Virus record (IMG/VR): IMGVR_UViG_3300035204_001773
Span: 45,212-109,211 of that record
Direction: 5' to 3' (one strand)
Source: a virus
Length of the DNA stretch: 64,000 bases
The translations under genes were made by a program, and so were the position numbers. Positions 41,901 through 47,900 of the stretch are shown piece by piece (position 1 is the stretch's first letter; the number at the start of each line of letters is the position of its first letter). The notes under the pieces were generated by a model, which was given only the letters and a program-made list of their open reading frames with translations, did no database searches and was not told the origin of the DNA.

Positions 41901-44900
41901 TTTCTTCTTTTCTTATGAGATCTTTGTCAACCTCATTGCCCGTTGGCGTTGTGCCTTTAAATCTTTCAAAGAAATTCGGAATATTACCGGCATATTTCGC
42001 TACTAATTTTTTCTTTCCAATCCGCGCGATATGATCTTTATGCAGATTATTCGCTCGCACAAGAGCTTGATCATATGCGGGATCCCCTGATTTACCCGTT
42101 TGTAAAGCACTGATTTCAGACGAATTCAAACCCATTTCATAAAGATAATGAGGCTCTTTCGATTTAAGGTCATCTGAATCAAAATCAGTAGCTTTGATCT
42201 CTAGCCCCTGCATAGGCATCCCCGGGGTAAACATACCTCCAAATTCTTCTTGTATCCTTTCGTTAGATATATCTATTGGTTCTTCGCCAGCTGTATAAGG
42301 TTTTCCCGAGACTGTATCTTGTGGTGGCGTTCTTCCTCCTACCGTCGTCTTTTGCGCGGTAGTCATTCCATGTATCATGCCTTCCCATAATGCTCCAGCA
42401 AGATCCCGTTTTGTCCCAACTGGTAACTTCATGCCGCCTACAGCGAATTTGCTTTGCAACTTGCCAGTTACTTGTGCTAACTGATTCTTAAAGTCTGGAT
42501 CTTGAAGAGCAGCCTCTTCATCACCTCCGTATGATTGCTTAACCGTCATCCCGGGTCCAGCTTCGTCTATAAACCAAGTTCCCATATTTGGTAGGACGGT
42601 CCCAGAAACTTGTTGCTCTACTTTATCATAGAACCTATCTCTTATTCCTGAATCAAATACTTTCGGATCAAGTCCATAACGCTGAACTCTCGATGATTTG
42701 TGTCTAGAAGATATTTCCGAAGGCTCTTCTGCTGATCCACCAGACTGTCCCGGCGCTCTTGTGCCCATCGTGAGAACTGGGGTATAATGAGGCGCGCGTT
42801 CTCCTTTAGATAAATTTATTACCGTGCCATCTGCTAACGTAATTGTTTTGTCAGCAGCAAAATTAGGCACGTTCCCCCACGCGGCCATAGCTTGTTTATC
42901 TCCCATTGCGCCGAGTGCCGAGCCCTGAGCGCCACTCTTGTCAATATGATCTCTAACCCAACTAAGTTTTCTTTTTGGTCCCGTTCCCCTATTATCGCTT
43001 TCGTGAACGTAAGTTCCTAAGCTCGGCGCGTACCTCCATAAGGCGTTTGCGTCGTAATGATCTATTTGGCTTTCCTTCTTCTGCGCAGACCTTAAAGAAG
43101 TCGATAGCCCCTTAGTAGTACGCATTGAGCTAGCGAAACTTGGAACAAATCCTCCAGCAACGCGTTGACCAGTTGTTGTGTCGATCATGTCAGGATCAGT
43201 AACCACATGCCCCTTACCCATCTCTCGAGCTTTCTTTAATAATCTTACGTGCTCTTGGGATACGCTTTTCCCCTCGCGGCTACGATCTATTACTTTCTTA
43301 TCTGGCCCGAGGAGAAGATGATAGTTTCCTTCTGTTCTATCTTCGAAGTTGGGAACAAAACCTCCTGCTACTCTTAAACGAAGCCCTCTGGCGTGACTAA
43401 TAGCATCCTCGGGGCTCTTAAAAGTTTGACCTGTCGGGTTGTATTTCCATCCTCGAGTTGTTAAAGGGCTATCATAAAGAGACTGAACATCATTCATTTC
43501 AGTCATTCCCTCAAATGGCTCCTGTCCTTTAGGCCAATGAGGCTTGGGATGTCCTGCGTCCATCAAATCTCGAACCGTTAGCCTTGACAACCGAGAAACT
43601 TCCTCATCGTACTCGGGGTCGCCGGGATTCGCCGGTAACATAAGATAGCTAGGTCCACCATCGAATCCTCCATCCGGCTTATGATGTTTTTTCCATCCTG
43701 ATGGTCGTGCAAAATTTGGAATAAAACCTGAAGCCCTCTTACTCCTTTCTATTCCGCCGGGATTTGCTCCACGGTTAGCGAAAGGAGTTTCAAAAGTCTG
43801 CACTCCCCGAACCCCAGTCATATTTAATCTTTCAATTTCTTCTATATTAGCCTTGGCGTCATCATACAAAACTAACTCGGGACTTTTTCCTGCTTCTTTG
43901 GCCTTTTTGCTCATTCTAGCCATTAGCAAGGTTTTCTTTTGAGCAGCATTTAAATAACGCCATTGCCTACTTCCTTGCCCCTCTGGCCATCCATCTTCGC
44001 CTAATTTTTCAAACTGGCCATGAAATCTACCGCCTTGAATAAAATCTTTTTTTCTAACAAGGCCTACTTCAAGACCTGTCTCAGGATCAATTGTACTAAA
44101 GTCTGGATTATCCATAACCTTCATGTCGTTGAACATGGATCCGCTAGTTATAACCCTATCAACATTTACCCCTTGACTTTCGAGTTGTCTCCTGATTACC
44201 GCGTTTGTTCCCTCTCCTTGAGTAATGGCTTGACGTGACCCTGCTCCTCTAGCAGTCGCTACAGTGACTGGTGCTTGTGATGCCTTATAATCTTCTCCTC
44301 TACTTGTCAGGGTTGACTTCTTTACCGACCAAGGGAATGCAAAAGATCTACTTGGCATATCGGCGGGATATGTGCCAAGATTTTCATCATAGTCTTCGAG
44401 ATTAACTACTTCACCGTCTTCTAAATCTCTGGGCCTTACATAGTTAGGAACAACACGTCTTCCTCTATTTGAGGAAAGAAAATTAGGTACGTTACCGCGG
44501 AAAACATTATACGTTTTTCCCTTGTGTCTTTTTAAATCCGGTCTTGCTTTTTCTACTTCATCATAGAAAGCGGTATAATCTATGGGCGCATCTAACGTTC
44601 CCGCTAATTGCTCATGGCTTCTTGCGTCATCCCTGTGAGATGTTGATAGTCTAGATTCCCGTTGACCTCGCACTTCTTCTTGAGATTTGTCAAGACCAAT
44701 TAGCCTCTTGCTCATTCCAAGCACGTTACCGAAGAAATCATTATTAAGACTTTCCCCTCCATGAATTATTGCGAACTTATCCATCGCGTCGAATTGACTC
44801 TGGTTAGTTACCAGAACCCCTTTTCCTACGTTGGGTATTTTCTTATCAAGAGCTTTGTTGCCTGATTTCAAACCGGCGAAAGTAGATTTCCCTGAGCCAG

Positions 44901-47900
44901 CTGGCCCCATGACAGTACTCACGGGCTTGCCAGTTTGAAAAGCGTCATAAACCAATTCTTCCCACGAATCTCTGTCCATTTTTGATCTATCGAAATCGAG
45001 AACACCTCTAGCAAAATTTGGAATCATTCCTGAAGCTTTCAACGCCATACTGCTCGAATCAAACGCTGGAACATGCCCCATGTACTTCGGTAGAGCATTT
45101 ATGGAACTAGCTGTTGTCGCTAGTGCTTTTCTAGACTTTCGCTTTTCCTCTTCCTGTCTTCTTGTAAATAAAGCGTGAGAATGCTCCCATTGCTCTTTAA
45201 ATTGCCCCTCGTTAATAAATGAATTTATAGTATCTTTACTTATTTCGCCCCCCTCGTCTCCTGCTGTTCGAGAAAATTCGGAACCATGCAATAAAGCACC
45301 GATAGTTTTATCTACCCTTTCTTTATCCGCTGCCCCCATGTCCCCAGAGAAATACGAGTCTGGATCTAAGCCTTCTAATTCTAACCCAGCGACTTTTGCT
45401 ATTGGATTATTTTTTCTTTTAATATTCTCTTTAGATGATAAACCAAGACCTCCGTGTTTCGGGTCTCCACGCCTTATGCCAAACCAATCTTTAGACCCAG
45501 CGGTTTGAACTGTATTAACTATTCTAGAACCAAACTCGGTTGCTTCAAATAATTTATCAGCCATACTATTCATATTACCCTGACTCGTACTATTTTTGGC
45601 ATCTGCTAAAGGAGTTTTCACACCAAAGGTATCAGGGTGCCTAAGCTTGTGATATCCCCCATCTCGCCCTTCCATATAGTCCCATCTAGTAGAACTAGAT
45701 TTAGCAAAATCAGTATCATCATAAACTAAAGCATCCACAGACCCCTCGAACGCTCTACCAACTGCTTGAGCCATTTGCCCTGTTCCAACAACTTTATTTA
45801 CATATTTTTTGATATCAGCCTCGTCAGCTGGCGGTTTAAAATATTGATTTGCATATCTTGATACTTCTGCTCCAATTTGATTATTGATTGACTCTTGCGC
45901 CTCAGAACTATCCGGTGCTCTTTTCGCTGACAAAGCAGGAAAAGAAGCCTTTAAAGAAACCCCATAAGCTCCGAAGGTCTGTTGTGCTTTATCATTAAAT
46001 TTTACATTATAAACCCCCGGAGTTGGTGTGCGCTTACCCCCACCTTTATCAGGCAAGAGTATGGAAGCCATGTGATGAGCATTGACTACTCCTCCGGGTA
46101 AAATATCTGCTTGACCGCTTGCTCTTTTGAGTTGCTTTTTAATTGGGTCTAATTTTTCATTAGTTAAATCTAAATAAGTTCTTGGAATTTTTAATTTCTC
46201 TTTCTCTGCTGCCATAAAATTAGGCACACTGCCAACTGCTGTAAATTTATTAAACTCACTCTTCTTAACTTTCTCAATTGTTTTTTCTAAAACTTTTTGT
46301 ACCTGCGGTTTATACTTTGGTAAAATAGCTGAATCTCCACCCTTAAGCCCCTTGGGTTTAACGCCGTATCTCTGAAACAGTTCTTTAGCAGTAAACTCCT
46401 GCTCACTAGAATTCATTATTACGCGTTTACCATCGATCGTGCCCCTAGACATATGCGCTCTAGTTCCAGAGGCTGCCCCCATAGCTCTGGCCATCTTTGT
46501 TTCTTCTTTATATGGGTCATAAAAGAAGTTAGGAATATTGCCCGAGGCATTCCCGCCGCCGCCTTTCTTCCCGGGGACATCCCAACCACCGCCCTTCATA
46601 GGGAACATAACTCCTCCGCCAAAACTTCCAGTAGAATGCATTGTCTTAGCTAACATAGCAACAATTTTAGCTTGATTCGTCATTTCTCTATTCTCTGCTC
46701 TTATTTTTTCTAAAAGATCTCTATGAACATCTGCAAGAGATTTTGTACCTCGCATAATTTCTTTTAACATCCTCGGCTCTTCAGCAAGCAGTGAATTCAA
46801 TTGGGTTTGAATCCTCTGTTGGTCCGCCATGTGCTTACCTCCCCCGCTAATCGTTTTAAAAGCGTCTACGGCATAAATCCTAAGTTTATCAAATAATTTA
46901 AACAAAGCCATAATACCCACGGCAAGACCCGGACCTTTTAAAAATTCTCCGAGACCTTTCGACATTCCAGAAGAAAGCTTAGATCCCAGACTCTCTCCCG
47001 AAGCCCCAAGGTCGGTTGATTCTAAAACTGTATTTATGCCCGAAAGAACTCTTTTTATAGCGGGGGCAAGAGCATCTTCTCCCAGCTTAGAACCGGCTTG
47101 TTTTAAATTAGCCATGGTTCTATTAATTAAAGTGCTAAAGCTTTGGTTCAATTTTTCATTTCTCGCAATAGCTTCATCGGTAGCAGAGGTGGCAATACCT
47201 AAAGCGTTTTCATATATTGAAAATTCTTTTGTTAAATCACTCAAAGAAGCTTTTAAAATATTAATTTGGAATACGCCACCAACTAATTCAGCAATCTGAG
47301 CTTGTTGCGATTGCGCTAGGCTATCGTACTGCCTCGCTAAATTTTGCAGCACTTGCATAAGAGGCATCATTTGCCCGCTTTGCTTTTTGGTTTGCACGCC
47401 AATTTCTTCAAGTGCCTCTAAGACTCTAGGCCTTTGTATTCTTGTGAAAATAGTTTTGAACGCGTTACCAATAACATTACCACCACGAGCAGTAACTTGT
47501 TGAGTGGCCGTTATAACTGCAAGTAGTTCTTCAAATTTTACTCCCGCTCCAGCAGCCGTGCTTCCTACTCTTCGGATTGCTTCAGCAAGGTCACCAGAAC
47601 TCACGGCAAAAGCCTGATCAACCTGAGCCATCTTACTAATTATTTCTGTAGAATTTAGAGCCGCCCTTGAATAGCCGTTCATAGCAGCAGTAATCGCGTT
47701 TACAGCAGCGGCGGCATCTAATCCAGAAATTCTTGTTAGTATAAGAGCGTCTTGGGTCCTTTTAAGGGTTTCTTGCATCCCAAGACCTTGTCTTGCGAAT
47801 TCTCCAGCAGCAGTAGCCACTGTTTGGAAACTTTGCGCTGTGTTTCTGGCTACATCAAATAATGAATTTCCAAATTTAGTAAGTTGGTTTTGGCTAGTAT

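Noticed and set aside
39310-46551. Repeat-spacer pattern considered as a CRISPR array, integron or DGR-like DNA system
   Set aside because: Repeats are degenerate at synonymous positions, spacers vary widely in length and stay in frame, and no cas, integrase or reverse transcriptase gene is in the window.
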